64,000 bases of DNA from Candidatus Woesearchaeota archaeon. Its GTDB lineage: Archaea > Nanobdellota > Nanobdellia > Pacearchaeales > GW2011-AR1. The stretch is from NCBI GenBank assembly GCA_964419155.1, contig CAYQOK010000001.1:3623-67622 (forward strand), written 5' to 3'. Shown piece after piece: positions 1 to 10,095 of this stretch. Each line of letters begins with the position of its first letter. Within the stretch, counting starts at the first letter, position 1. Below the pieces are notes generated by a model, which saw only the letters and a list, made by a program, of their open reading frames with translations, ran no database searches and was not told where the DNA came from. Made by a program: the position numbers and the translations under genes.

Positions 1-2343
1 ATTCTAAACCTCAATGAACTAGAAGAAATGAGTTTTAGTGAAGGAGATGAGATTATATTAGAGATATCAGCAACAGACCCTGAATCAGATGAAATATTCT
101 ATTTTATCAATAGTTCTTTATTTAATCAAAATCCTGATAATAAAAAGCAATTTGTTTGGATTCCTAGTTATGAAGATCAAGGGGAATATTTCTTTGAAAT
201 CTCTGTTAGAGATAGTGAATTTGAAACAATAATGATTTCTAAAATAAGTGTAATGAATAAAAATAGGCCTCCTCGAATATATGGGCCCTCAGAGATTTCT
301 TGGGATGAGGATATGGAAATTAAAATAAATTTAATGCAATATTCAAGAGATGAAGACCTAGATGAAGTTAATTTTAAGGTTAATAAGATATCTGATAATT
401 TTATTTATGATTTAGATAGTAAAACTGGTGAATTGATATTAAAAGCAGCTAAAGATTATTCAGGAGAAGGATATTTAGACTTAGAGATTAGTGACTATGA
501 GTTATCTAGTGAACTAAAAAATATAAGATTAATTGTAAATCCAATAAATGATGCTCCTATTTTGCTAAAAGAAATAGATGACATAACCCTTAATGAAGAT
601 ACTTACTTAGAAAATTTTTTAAATTTAAATGAATACTTTTATGACTCAGATAGTTTAATAGATTATGGTTCTGATTTTGCAAGACACATGTCTATAGAAA
701 TAAATAATGGGATTGTAAGCATATACCCACTCAAGGATTGGTATGGTATTGAAAACATTATATTCTATGCTACTGATGATAAGGAGATAGCTTATTCAAA
801 TGAGGTTACTATAATTGTTGAAGAGGTTCAAGAACCACCAAAAATAAAAGAATTAGAGTGTTTAACTGAAATAAATGAGGATGAAGATTATTCTTGTGAG
901 ATTATTGCAGAAGATATTGAAAATGATTTCTTGTATTATTCTATTATTGAAGAGAATAATATGAGTTGTTTTTTTGAAGGAAATGTAATAAGATATAATC
1001 CTTATCCGAATTACTTTGGAAATGCTTATTGTAAATTAAGGGTTGATGATGGAAAGGATTATGATGAAACAATATTAGAAGTAAAGGTCCTTCCAGTTCA
1101 AGATCCACCTTATATAAAATTAAAAAATCCTGATTCAGACCCTAAGATATTAGTTGGAAATGATTTAAAGTTTTCAGTAGATGCAATTGATATAGACGGT
1201 GATGACCTTAGTATAAAATGGTTTATTGAATCAACAGAAGTAGGTTCTGGAGAAAGTTATTTATTTAAACAAGATCTAGGGATATATTCTCTTAAAGCAA
1301 TTATAGAAGATGGAACACATAGTAAAGAAGCTTTGTGGAATGTTTTTGTAGGGGATTATAATTCTTTTAGTTGTAGTGAGGTTGGAGCTTATTTATGTAA
1401 TGAAAATGAGATGTGCACTGGAAAAGAATTAGATACCTTAGGGTTAGATGAAAGATCAATATGTTGCTCAACTAAATGTGTTAAAATGCCACCAAAATTC
1501 AAAGATGCAGATACTTGTAATGCTCTAAATTCTAATATCAGTATTGAAATAAGAAATCCTGAAGAAGATGAATCCCTTGAAATTGGAGAAAGAGTTACAA
1601 TTAAAACAATAATTAAAAATAATTTTGAAGAAGACCTTGATTTTGATGTATATGCTTACCTATATGATATCACTGAAGATGAATCTATACTAGAATTAGA
1701 AGAAAGTTTAGATGTTGATGAAAATAAAAGAGAAACTATAAGATTTGAATTTGATGTTCCAGGAGATATTGATGAAGATAATGAATTTGCTATATTGGTT
1801 GTGGCAGAAGATAATGTTTGTTCTCAGGCTTATCAAAATATAAAAATTGAAAGAAAAAAAGAAGATATTAGAATTATTGATTTTAAAATAAATAATCAGG
1901 AATTATTATGCGGTGATTTTATTGAAGGAGATATAAAGTTAAAAAATCTAGGTAGGAGAGATAGCGATGTTTCTGTTAAATTAATCAATAGTGAATTAGG
2001 AATAGAACATAGACTAGATTCATTTGAACTTGAAAAATATGATGAGGAGGATGAGATTTCAAAAGATTTTTTAATAAAAATTCCAGATAATTCAAAACAG
2101 GGAGTTTATTCTCTTAAAGCAGTTGTTGATTATGGCGAAGAGATTTTTGAAACAAGAACATTTTCATTAGGGGTCTGCGAACTAACAGAAAAAGGAACAG
2201 AAGATATAGTCTCACAAAGGTTAAGTTTAAATAAAAATCCTATCCAAAACAAAGAAAGTAAATTACCCTTAATATTATTAATTTCTTCAATAGTTTTAGC
2301 TGTTATATTGATTATGGTTTTAATTATTATTCTCTTTAGATAA
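1..2343 (+). CDS. Surface protein with cadherin-like repeats, Cys-rich module and C-terminal TM anchor (5' end probably outside window)
   Basis: No stop upstream of the first ATG, so the frame is open to position 1. Repeated blocks carry the cadherin-like motif 'VNPINDAPILL'. Very acidic (D/E-rich). Cys-rich stretch 'CSEVGAYLCNENEMCTGKELD...CCSTKC'. C-terminal hydrophobic segment 'LPLILLISSIVLAVILIMVLIIILFR' ends the protein. Confidence 0.5.
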   Translation: MLNLNELEEMSFSEGDEIILEISATDPESDEIFYFINSSLFNQNPDNKKQFVWIPSYEDQGEYFFEISVRDSEFETIMISKISVMNKNRPPRIYGPSEISWDEDMEIKINLMQYSRDEDLDEVNFKVNKISDNFIYDLDSKTGELILKAAKDYSGEGYLDLEISDYELSSELKNIRLIVNPINDAPILLKEIDDITLNEDTYLENFLNLNEYFYDSDSLIDYGSDFARHMSIEINNGIVSIYPLKDWYGIENIIFYATDDKEIAYSNEVTIIVEEVQEPPKIKELECLTEINEDEDYSCEIIAEDIENDFLYYSIIEENNMSCFFEGNVIRYNPYPNYFGNAYCKLRVDDGKDYDETILEVKVLPVQDPPYIKLKNPDSDPKILVGNDLKFSVDAIDIDGDDLSIKWFIESTEVGSGESYLFKQDLGIYSLKAIIEDGTHSKEALWNVFVGDYNSFSCSEVGAYLCNENEMCTGKELDTLGLDERSICCSTKCVKMPPKFKDADTCNALNSNISIEIRNPEEDESLEIGERVTIKTIIKNNFEEDLDFDVYAYLYDITEDESILELEESLDVDENKRETIRFEFDVPGDIDEDNEFAILVVAEDNVCSQAYQNIKIERKKEDIRIIDFKINNQELLCGDFIEGDIKLKNLGRRDSDVSVKLINSELGIEHRLDSFELEKYDEEDEISKDFLIKIPDNSKQGVYSLKAVVDYGEEIFETRTFSLGVCELTEKGTEDIVSQRLSLNKNPIQNKESKLPLILLISSIVLAVILIMVLIIILFR

Positions 2344-2712
2344 GGTTTCTTTATTTTCTAATACATTTTTGTTTTGAGAATTATTTTTTTTAATATAATG
2401 TATTACTAAAATAAATGAAAAAATAGATCCTAAAATAAAAATTATTGAATAAGAGAGATAAATAATATATGATTCTTGTTTATTCATATTTATAAAAAAA
2501 TAAAAAGAGAAAAACAAAGAAATAACTGAAATAAAAGAAAATAAAAATAATTTGAGTCTTATGTATTTTTCAATAGGTTTTGTTTCAGATTCTTGTTTTT
2601 TAAATTCTGTCAAATCATTAAATAATGGAGTTTGTCTTGAATTAGAAATAGAAGTATCTAAATCATTTAATGAATCCATATTTTGATTAAATAGATTTTC
2701 TTCAGGAACCAT
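2320..2712 (-). CDS. Small hypothetical membrane protein
   Basis: 130 aa. Central hydrophobic helices 'LFLFSFISVISLFFSFYFF' and 'IIFILGSIFSFILVIHYI'. No recognisable motif. Lies downstream of ftsZ on the same strand. Confidence 0.3.
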   Translation of the reverse strand: MVPEENLFNQNMDSLNDLDTSISNSRQTPLFNDLTEFKKQESETKPIEKYIRLKLFLFSFISVISLFFSFYFFINMNKQESYIIYLSYSIIFILGSIFSFILVIHYIKKNNSQNKNVLENKETLSKENNN

Positions 2713-2749
2713 AATTAATTCAGGGTATTTTGTTTATTAAATATTTCTA

Positions 2750-3202
2750 TTAATAAATATCTTCTTCTGTTAAAAAATCTTTTGCATAATGCGGATCTGG
2801 ATTTATGAAATCAAAATTAAAAAATCTTAAATACTCTAATAAGATTCTCTTATCCACATCAAGCTTTTTTAATAAATTAAATACAAATTCTGTAAAACAA
2901 TATGGGCAAATTGCTGCTTTTTTATTTCTACAGGAAACACAAGTAGTTAAATTTTGAAAAGCATCTTCTTTAAAATGAATTTCATTAAGATATTCCTGAA
3001 TCTTGGGCATAACTCTTTTACTTAAATCAGAATAGGTACTTAACCATACTTTTAATTGTTCTGATAAACAATCAGGGCAAATAGGATTTATTATAGGTTC
3101 CTGACAAACTATACAGTCATTGAAATTCCCTTGACCTTGAAAAAAAGTTTTTTTAATCATTTTGATTATGCAAAAATCCGAGGGGTAATCGAATTTCAGC
3201 AC
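2750..3202 (-). CDS. Cys-rich double zinc-ribbon-like protein
   Basis: Four CxxC pairs: 'CIVCQEPIINPICPDC' and 'CVSCRNKKAAICPYC'. 150 aa. Same strand as ftsZ and immediately downstream of it. Confidence 0.35.
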   Translation of the reverse strand: MLKFDYPSDFCIIKMIKKTFFQGQGNFNDCIVCQEPIINPICPDCLSEQLKVWLSTYSDLSKRVMPKIQEYLNEIHFKEDAFQNLTTCVSCRNKKAAICPYCFTEFVFNLLKKLDVDKRILLEYLRFFNFDFINPDPHYAKDFLTEEDIY

Positions 3203-3352
3203 TTAAATTTAATCACCAGAAAACAATAAGCACTGCTAAAAAAAGATATTTTAGAATTTCTTGTATGCATATCTAATTTAGACGTTGTACTCATAATAAA
3301 TTATAGTTAAACATCTATTTAAAGTTTTTGTTTGTTTAATAGATTATAAAAA

Positions 3353-4519
3353 TTATTCTAAGAATTCAATACCTAACTCTTCTGAAATTTCTCTTTTTTT
3401 TCTATCTTCAATAGGTTCATTTGAACCTCCGATTTGCTCACTTTTAACCCCTGTAACAATAAGCATTACCCTTATGGATTTATCCATATCTTCACTTATT
3501 TGAGCACCCCATATTAATTTAGCATCTTCAGATAATTTTTCTCCTACTGTAGCTATAATTGTTTTTGCTTCTTCTAAACTCATATCCATTCCTCCAATAA
3601 TATTAACAAGTGCTCCTGTTGAATTTGAAATATCTACATCCAATAATGGATTTACAATTGCTTTTTCAACTGCATCTAATGCTCTTTGTTGAGAATCACT
3701 TTCTCCCATCCCAATTAATGAAACTCCCCCATTAGACATAACTGCTTTAACATCTGCAAAATCTAGATTAACTAAACCTGATTTTGTTACTAATTCAGTT
3801 ATTCCTTTAACAGAGTTAGTAAGTATCTCATCTGCAACCTTAAATGCAGTATGTAGGGGCAATTCTGGGGCTAATTCAAGCAATTTATCATTAGGGATAA
3901 CAATTAATGTATCTACAACAGATTCCATTCTCTCAAGCCCGTATTGGGCATTTTCAAGCCTTTTTTTACCTTCTATTTGAAAAGGTACTGTAACTACACC
4001 AATAACTAATGCTCCTTGTTTTTTTGCAATTTCTGCAATTACTGGGGCTGCACCTGTTCCAGTTCCCCCTCCTAAACCGCAAGTAACAAAAACCATATCA
4101 CTTCCGCCAACTCTTTTTTTAATTTCTTGTTCTGATTCTTTTGCAGCTTCTTCTCCAATTCTTGGATTACTTCCAGCTCCAAGGCCTTGAGTTAATTCTT
4201 TTCCTATAAGTATTTTATGATCTGAGTTTGAATATAATAAATCTTGTGCATCTGTATTTGCTGCAATCATTTCAGCTCCTTTTATTCCTATTTCCCTCAT
4301 TCGAGAAATAGTGTTTCCTCCACCTCCTCCGACTCCAAAAACCTTTACTTTTGCAGATTGTCTTTTTAGAATTTCTTCTAGTTCTTTGTCAATAGCAATC
4401 AATTCTGCATCATTACTTAAGTTATGAGAAAAACCTTTTGCATTATAATAATCTTGTTTTTTAAACTGAGAATTATTTTCTGAATAATTATTACCTCTTT
4501 CATTAAAATTTTGATCCAT
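3353..4519 (-). CDS. ftsZ: Cell division GTPase FtsZ
   Basis: Tubulin/FtsZ signature '[19 protein letters not shown]' plus '[13 protein letters not shown]' and 'NTDAQDL'. Confidence 0.95.
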   Translation of the reverse strand: MDQNFNERGNNYSENNSQFKKQDYYNAKGFSHNLSNDAELIAIDKELEEILKRQSAKVKVFGVGGGGGNTISRMREIGIKGAEMIAANTDAQDLLYSNSDHKILIGKELTQGLGAGSNPRIGEEAAKESEQEIKKRVGGSDMVFVTCGLGGGTGTGAAPVIAEIAKKQGALVIGVVTVPFQIEGKKRLENAQYGLERMESVVDTLIVIPNDKLLELAPELPLHTAFKVADEILTNSVKGITELVTKSGLVNLDFADVKAVMSNGGVSLIGMGESDSQQRALDAVEKAIVNPLLDVDISNSTGALVNIIGGMDMSLEEAKTIIATVGEKLSEDAKLIWGAQISEDMDKSIRVMLIVTGVKSEQIGGSNEPIEDRKKREISEELGIEFLE

Positions 4520-4599
4520 TATTAAAAAAATTGAAATAAGTTTATAAGCATTATGGAAGTATAGAATAATTATCTTATCTTTAATAAAAATAGGTTTTG

Positions 4600-5325
4600 T
4601 TAATTCTCTTGTTTGGTCCCTAAATCTTTTTCTTTTTCTGAATCTGTTTGTATTTCAATATCTAGAATTTCTTTAAATTTAGGTTTTATTGAATTTAAAA
4701 TAAGATCTAATTTTTTTTCATTAAATACAATAAATGTTTTGTCTTTTTCTTTTTTAATTTCAAAATCAAACTCTTTTCCAAGGTAAAATCTTTGTAATGC
4801 ATTTATTCTTTGTTTTAATGTTTCTTCTTTATTTTCTAAAATATTTTTAATGGTAAATTCATATTCTATATCTTTTCCTGCAAGGGGATTATTAAAATCA
4901 ATGGTAACTCTTCCTCCTGATACACTTAAAACTCTTACAAGATGATTATCTAATGCAAGAGTCATTCCTTGTTCTGGTCTAATATTCTTTTCAGTAAATA
5001 CTTTTAAGGGGATTAATTTAATTAATTCAGGATATCTTTTTCCAAAACCTTGTTCAGGGCTTAATTTTAGGTTATAGGTTTTATTTATCTCTTTGTTTTC
5101 AAGTTCTTTATCTAATCCGCTAATAACCATTGCCTGACCAATACATATAACAAGAGGATTAAGAGCTTCTGGATTTAAGTTTAAATTATTTTTTTCAGCA
5201 ATTTCTTTTATATTTGTGTCGAAGATTTCATTATTTGAAAGGTTTTTACCTGAAAAATAAAGCCCTATAAAATCATTTTTTTTAGTTAATTCCACATTAT
5301 TTTTTGAAATACCTGTTTCAACCAT
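4600..5325 (-). CDS. FKBP-type peptidyl-prolyl cis-trans isomerase (archaeal long type with IF/flap insert and C-terminal domain)
   Basis: Matches archaeal FKBP blocks 'GFGKRYPELIKLIPLKVF', 'RVLSVSGGRVTIDFNNPLAGKDIEYEFTI' and 'MVETGISKNN'. Start moved to the internal Met (MVETG) to avoid overlapping aIF5A. Confidence 0.85.
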   Translation of the reverse strand: MVETGISKNNVELTKKNDFIGLYFSGKNLSNNEIFDTNIKEIAEKNNLNLNPEALNPLVICIGQAMVISGLDKELENKEINKTYNLKLSPEQGFGKRYPELIKLIPLKVFTEKNIRPEQGMTLALDNHLVRVLSVSGGRVTIDFNNPLAGKDIEYEFTIKNILENKEETLKQRINALQRFYLGKEFDFEIKKEKDKTFIVFNEKKLDLILNSIKPKFKEILDIEIQTDSEKEKDLGTKQEN

Positions 5326-5375
5326 ATTAATTAAGCACAAGAAAGCTTTATAAATATAATTCTTTTCAAAAAGAT

Positions 5376-5768
5376 ATGGCTTTAAGATTAATAAATGGGA
5401 CAGAAGCAAAAGCAGGTGTTACCATACTCATTGAGGGAAGTGCATATGTTGTTAAAAGTCAGGATATTAGTAAAACTGGAAAACATGGCCATGCTAAATG
5501 TAGAATAGAGGCAATTGGAATTGTTGATGGTAAAAAAAAGGTTTTAGTTGTTCCAGGACATGAAAGATTTGAAGTTCCTATGATTAATAAGAGAAAAGCA
5601 CAAATCTTAAATATAAAAGGAGATAGTGTTGAAGTAATGGATTTAGAAAACTTTGAGACATTTGACCTTCTGATGAATGAAGAAGTAAAGGATGATATTG
5701 CAATCAATGATCAAGTAGAGTATTGGATTATTGATGAAAAAGAAAAAATGTTAAAAAGGAAAATTTAA
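5376..5768 (+). CDS. eif5a: Translation initiation factor 5A (aIF-5A)
   Basis: Hypusine-loop signature 'SKTGKHGHAKCRIEAIGI' and an OB-fold C-terminus. Confidence 0.9.
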   Translation: MALRLINGTEAKAGVTILIEGSAYVVKSQDISKTGKHGHAKCRIEAIGIVDGKKKVLVVPGHERFEVPMINKRKAQILNIKGDSVEVMDLENFETFDLLMNEEVKDDIAINDQVEYWIIDEKEKMLKRKI

Positions 5769-5792
5769 TAAACCTTCAAAAGATAAAATAAA

Positions 5793-5954
5793 ATGACAAA
5801 ACTACCTGCAGCACAAGCAAGATTATCAAAGAATGTTTTTGTATGTAAGAAATGTAAGTTAAAGGTAAGAGCAGAACCATTAAAAATCCTAACAAAAAAA
5901 GTTCAATGTAGGAAGTGTGATGGAAAAGAATTTAGACCTATAAGGAAAAAATAA
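5793..5954 (+). CDS. rpl40e: Ribosomal protein L40e (not in supplied ORF track)
   Basis: Hand translation gives MTKLPAAQARLSKNVFVCKKCKLKVRAEPLKILTKKVQCRKCDGKEFRPIRKK. This is the L40e C4 zinc-ribbon pattern CxxC...CRKCGxxxLRPKK. Confidence 0.8.
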   Translation: MTKLPAAQARLSKNVFVCKKCKLKVRAEPLKILTKKVQCRKCDGKEFRPIRKK

Positions 5955-6003
5955 CTTTTTAGGATTATAGAACATTTAAAAACTGTTTTGATTTGTAATT
6001 AAA

Positions 6004-7407
6004 ATGAACGCATATTATTATGATATTTTTTTTCTAGTAGTATTTAGTATTTCTATAATTTTATTTCTGTATAAAAAAAAGAAGAAATTAACTAAGGATG
6101 GTATTATGTATCTTTATAAAACTCAAATAGGAGTTAAAATAATTGATAAAATTGCTAAAAAAAATAAAAAATTATTAAAAATTACAAGTTATTTTATTTT
6201 AGTTACTGGATATATTTTAATGATTCTAATGGTCTTAATGTTAGCTCAACTTACTTATTTATTTGTCAGCACACCTCAAATTGCGAGAGATATAAAAGTG
6301 CCGCCTCTTATGCCCTTAATACCTTATCTTCCTGAATTATTTAATATTCCATGGCTACCTCCTTTTTATTTTACTTATTGGATAATTGCTATTGCTGTTG
6401 TTGCTATTGTTCATGAAGGGGCTCATGGTGTTTTTTCAAGACTTTATGATATTCCTGTTAAATCAACTGGATTTGGATTTTTAGGCCCTTTCTTAGCATT
6501 TTTTGTTGAACCTGATGAAAAAGAAATGGAAAAATCAAAGATATTTCCTCAACTAAGTATATTAGGGGCAGGAGTTTTTGCAAATGTATTAACAACAATT
6601 ATTTGTTTTTTAGTTATGATATTATTTTTTCATGCAGCTTATTCTCCATCAGGGGTATTATTTAATTCATATAGTTATGAATTAATAGATGGAAAAGATG
6701 TTGTTAATATTACAAATAGTAGTTTAACTATTAATAATGGGCAATCTTTAACTCTTATTAAAATTAAAGCAAACAATAATTACTATTATGTAGAACAATC
6801 TGAACTAGTTAGATTAAATCAAAATGAAATTCAGTCAATTATTGGTTTTAATGATTTTCCTGCAATAAATATTGGTTTAAGAGGGGCAATAACAAAAATT
6901 AATAATCAAAAAGTGACAAATGTAGAAGATTTAAGAGAAGAATTAGATAAATATAATGTTGGAGAAAAAGTTAATTTAACAACTAATTTTGAAGATAAAG
7001 AACTTTTATTTGAAATAGAATTAGAAGAGGACCCAAATCAAGAACAAAAACCAATTTTAGGTGTTGGAGTAATAGGTGCTGAAAAAAAAGGAGTGGGTGG
7101 TTTTGTATATAACCTTATAAATTTATTTAAAGACCCAACAACAGAATATAAACCAAAAGCAAATCCAGAATTAACCTTATTCATATATAATTTATTTTGG
7201 TGGATGGTTTTAATTAATATTAGTGTTGCTCTTGTAAATATGTTGCCTATGGGAATATTTGATGGGGGAAGATTTTTTTATCTGTCAATATTAGCAATAA
7301 CAAAAAAACAAAAATTATCAGAAAGAATATTTAAATTTGCAACCTGGATAATATTATTAATATTTATTATATTAATGTTATATTGGTTTGTTGGATTATT
7401 TATTTAA
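6004..7407 (+). CDS. Site-2 protease family (M50) membrane zinc metalloprotease with PDZ-like insert
   Basis: 'IVHEGAHGVFS' (HExxH) lies in a TM region. Downstream 'LPMGIFDGGRFF' is the LDG motif of M50. Multiple TM helices with a soluble middle domain. Confidence 0.8.
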   Translation: MNAYYYDIFFLVVFSISIILFLYKKKKKLTKDGIMYLYKTQIGVKIIDKIAKKNKKLLKITSYFILVTGYILMILMVLMLAQLTYLFVSTPQIARDIKVPPLMPLIPYLPELFNIPWLPPFYFTYWIIAIAVVAIVHEGAHGVFSRLYDIPVKSTGFGFLGPFLAFFVEPDEKEMEKSKIFPQLSILGAGVFANVLTTIICFLVMILFFHAAYSPSGVLFNSYSYELIDGKDVVNITNSSLTINNGQSLTLIKIKANNNYYYVEQSELVRLNQNEIQSIIGFNDFPAINIGLRGAITKINNQKVTNVEDLREELDKYNVGEKVNLTTNFEDKELLFEIELEEDPNQEQKPILGVGVIGAEKKGVGGFVYNLINLFKDPTTEYKPKANPELTLFIYNLFWWMVLINISVALVNMLPMGIFDGGRFFYLSILAITKKQKLSERIFKFATWIILLIFIILMLYWFVGLFI

Positions 7408-7420
7408 AATTATTTTATAA

Positions 7421-7774
7421 TTAAAGAAAAATTATTCCTTCTTTTGTTAATGCAGTAAATCTAACCCCCACTGGAAGACTTAGTAATGCAGAGATTATGG
7501 CCATATGCTCTTTTCCGTCTCCTGATGCAATACTTAATGCAACTTCAGTTCCTTTTATTTTTCCTTTTAGTTTCTTTAAAAGTTCATCTTTAATTTCTGT
7601 TATTCTGCTAGATTTTAATTCAATAAATTCCCATTCAACAGAAGTATTTGGTTCAAATTTTTTTGCAAACTCAGTTCCGATTAATAAAACCTTTTCCCAA
7701 TCACCTTCTTTTAATAGCCCTGCAACTTGACTCCATGTGCCTTTTCCAGAACTAAGTAATGCTACTAATTCCAT
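7421..7774 (-). CDS. Hypothetical small conserved-looking protein
   Basis: 117 aa 'MELVALLSSGKGTWSQVAGLL...'. No motif I can assign. Confidence 0.3.
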   Translation of the reverse strand: MELVALLSSGKGTWSQVAGLLKEGDWEKVLLIGTEFAKKFEPNTSVEWEFIELKSSRITEIKDELLKKLKGKIKGTEVALSIASGDGKEHMAIISALLSLPVGVRFTALTKEGIIFL

Positions 7775-7861
7775 TTAAAACAAAATAAATGTTTATTTAT
7801 AAGGATTTAGGTAATTTGAAAATATAAAAAGGGTTATAAACAATAAATATATTATAAATAA

Positions 7862-8107
7862 ATGAAACCAAAGGTTTTAGAAGAGATTTCTGAAAATATG
7901 GGTGAAGTAGAGGGATTAGAAATAAAGCAGTATTCTGGATTTATTGAAGATCCATTTATATTAAAGAGAAGCCCTGTAAAATGGTGTTGTTATAGGCCTA
8001 TGAAAAGAATTTTGGTTTATAAAAAAGTTAATGAAAAGAAATATGTTAGAGATATAAAATCAACTTTTTATTTATGTGCTCATTGTGGGAATAAAAAAGA
8101 GTATTAA
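7862..8107 (+). CDS. Hypothetical small protein with possible C-terminal zinc ribbon
   Basis: 81 aa with 'WCCYRP...CAHCG'. It sits where L11 would normally precede L1. Confidence 0.25.
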   Translation: MKPKVLEEISENMGEVEGLEIKQYSGFIEDPFILKRSPVKWCCYRPMKRILVYKKVNEKKYVRDIKSTFYLCAHCGNKKEY

Positions 8108-8213
8108 ACCAACAGATTTAAAAACCCCTATTATATTAAAGATACATAGACCAAAGACTACATCACTGAGACTAATAATTTCTTGGTTAAAGTGCATTAT
8201 GTAGGAGGTTAAT

Positions 8214-8849
8214 ATGAATATAGAAGATATAAAGAAAAGTTTTGATAAATTAAAGAAAAATAGTGAAGATTCTAAAAAAAGAAAATTTACTCAAACAGTA
8301 GATGTAATTATAAATTTAAAGGGTGTTGATGTTAAAAGAACTCCTGTAAACATTTTTGTTAATCTTCCTCATAGTATTAAAGAAAAGAAAGTTGCTGGGT
8401 TTTTAGAAAAAAAATCAAAGATTATTGATTCAATAACTCCAGAAGAATTTGATGATTTTAAAGATGTAAAAAGATTAAAAAAATTAGTAAGAAATTATGA
8501 TTTTTTTGTTTCAAATGCAAAACTTATGCCAAAGGTTGCTACAAACTTTGGTAGGGTTTTAGGTCAAGCAGGAAAAATGCCCTCTCCTCAATTAGGGATA
8601 ATAACTTCTGAAGACGAGGAACAAATTAAGGTAATACTAGAAAAAGTAAATAATATTTTAAAAATAAGGGCAAAAGAATCAAGTATTAAATTTGCTGTTG
8701 GGAAAGAAAATCAAAATCCAGATGAAATTTGTGAGAATATTTTAACAGCATATAATGAGGTTGTAAAAAGTCTTCCTAAAAAAATAGAAAATATCAAATC
8801 TGTTTTAATTAAATTTACAATGACTCCTGCAGTTAAGGTTGAAAATTAA
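8214..8849 (+). CDS. rpl1: Ribosomal protein L1
   Basis: 'FTQTVDVIINLKGVDVKRTPVNIFVNLPHSIKEKK' matches the L1 N-terminal block. GGAGG sits 6 nt upstream. Confidence 0.9.
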   Translation: MNIEDIKKSFDKLKKNSEDSKKRKFTQTVDVIINLKGVDVKRTPVNIFVNLPHSIKEKKVAGFLEKKSKIIDSITPEEFDDFKDVKRLKKLVRNYDFFVSNAKLMPKVATNFGRVLGQAGKMPSPQLGIITSEDEEQIKVILEKVNNILKIRAKESSIKFAVGKENQNPDEICENILTAYNEVVKSLPKKIENIKSVLIKFTMTPAVKVEN

Positions 8850-9699
8850 AATGGTAAAATCACAAACTCATGTAAGTAAAGAGAAGATAAAACAAGTTGA
8901 AGAACTTTCAAAAGGATTATCTGAAGCAAAATGTGTTATGTTAGTATCAATAAAAAGTCTACCTTCTGCCCAGTTTCAAAAAATAAAAAAAAGTCTTAGA
9001 GACCGAGCAAAAATAAAGGTTGCTAAAAAGACAGTTATATCAAAAGCTATTGAAAAATCAGGTAAAAAAGAACTTGAAGAATTAAAGAATTATATTAAAG
9101 AAGGTTCTGCTATTCTACTATCTGATCAAGATGGATTTGAATTAGCACTATGGCTTGTTGAAAACAGAAATCCTATTTCTGCTAAAGCAGGACAAATTGC
9201 TGAACAGGATATTTCTGTTGAACCTGGACCTACTGATTTAGTTCCAGGACCAGTTATAAGTGAGTTTGGCGCATTTGGTATTCAAATAGAAGTAAAAGAA
9301 GGTAAAATTGAAATTAAAAGAGAGAAAGTAGTTGTTGCAAAAGGAGAGGCTGTTAAAGAAAATGCTGCATCTCTTCTTCAAAAATTAGATATAAAACCGT
9401 TTATGATTGGATTAAATCCAGAGGTAATATATGAATCAGATTCAAAAAAAATATATGCAAATCTTGAATTTAATAAAGATAAAAACATAAAAGACTTGAT
9501 TCAATCTCAATCAAAATCAATTGGATTTGCTCAAAAAATGTGTTATTATTGTAATGAAACAATAAGTTATCTTATTGGAAAAGCAAGTATAAATGCAAAG
9601 GGTCTTGAAAACTTAAAATCAGAAGAAGTTAAAGAAGAGAAAAAAGAAAATGTTGAAAAAAATAATGTTCAAGAAGATAACAAGGAGGAAAGTGAATAA
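8839..9699 (+). CDS. rplP0: Ribosomal protein L10 / acidic P0
   Basis: Position between L1 and L12. N-terminal P0-like block and acidic K/E C-terminus. Confidence 0.85.
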   Translation: MKIKMVKSQTHVSKEKIKQVEELSKGLSEAKCVMLVSIKSLPSAQFQKIKKSLRDRAKIKVAKKTVISKAIEKSGKKELEELKNYIKEGSAILLSDQDGFELALWLVENRNPISAKAGQIAEQDISVEPGPTDLVPGPVISEFGAFGIQIEVKEGKIEIKREKVVVAKGEAVKENAASLLQKLDIKPFMIGLNPEVIYESDSKKIYANLEFNKDKNIKDLIQSQSKSIGFAQKMCYYCNETISYLIGKASINAKGLENLKSEEVKEEKKENVEKNNVQEDNKEESE

Positions 9700-9995
9700 T
9701 GGAAAACATATATGCAGCTCTTCTTTTACATAAGCTTGAAAAAGAAATTAGTGAAGATAGCTTAAAGAAAGTTATAGAAGCTGCTGGTGGACAAGCAGAT
9801 GAATCAAGGATAAAAACCTTAGTAGCAACTTTGAAGGGAATTGATATTGCTAAAGAACTTGAAAATGCTGCTGTTATGAGCGTTGCTGCACCTAGTGCAG
9901 GAAGTTCTGAGACAAGTGCAAAACCAGCTGAAGAAGTTAAAGAAGAAACAAAAACAGAAGCTGCTGCTGAAGGACTTTCAGCATTATTTGGTTAG
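9699..9995 (+). CDS. rpl12: Ribosomal protein L12 (P1 stalk protein)
   Basis: 'MENIYAALLLHKLEKEISE...AAGG' with an Ala/Glu-rich flexible tail ending 'GLSALFG'. Confidence 0.9.
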   Translation: MENIYAALLLHKLEKEISEDSLKKVIEAAGGQADESRIKTLVATLKGIDIAKELENAAVMSVAAPSAGSSETSAKPAEEVKEETKTEAAAEGLSALFG

Positions 9996-10095
9996 GTAAA
10001 TTTATTTTAGTTTTTTAACCTAACCACTATTAGTTAGCACTTTCTGTAATTTAATTGAATTTTTAAAAAATTTTTCTTAAATAAATATAACTTAT

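Noticed and set aside
5459-5707. 82-aa ORF antisense to aIF5A
   Set aside because: Lies entirely inside a strongly supported aIF-5A gene on the opposite strand. Low-complexity translation typical of an antisense frame in AT-rich DNA.
7497-7730. 77-aa ORF antisense to the 117-aa gene
   Set aside because: Fully embedded on the opposite strand with no motif. The sense-strand ORF has protein-like composition.
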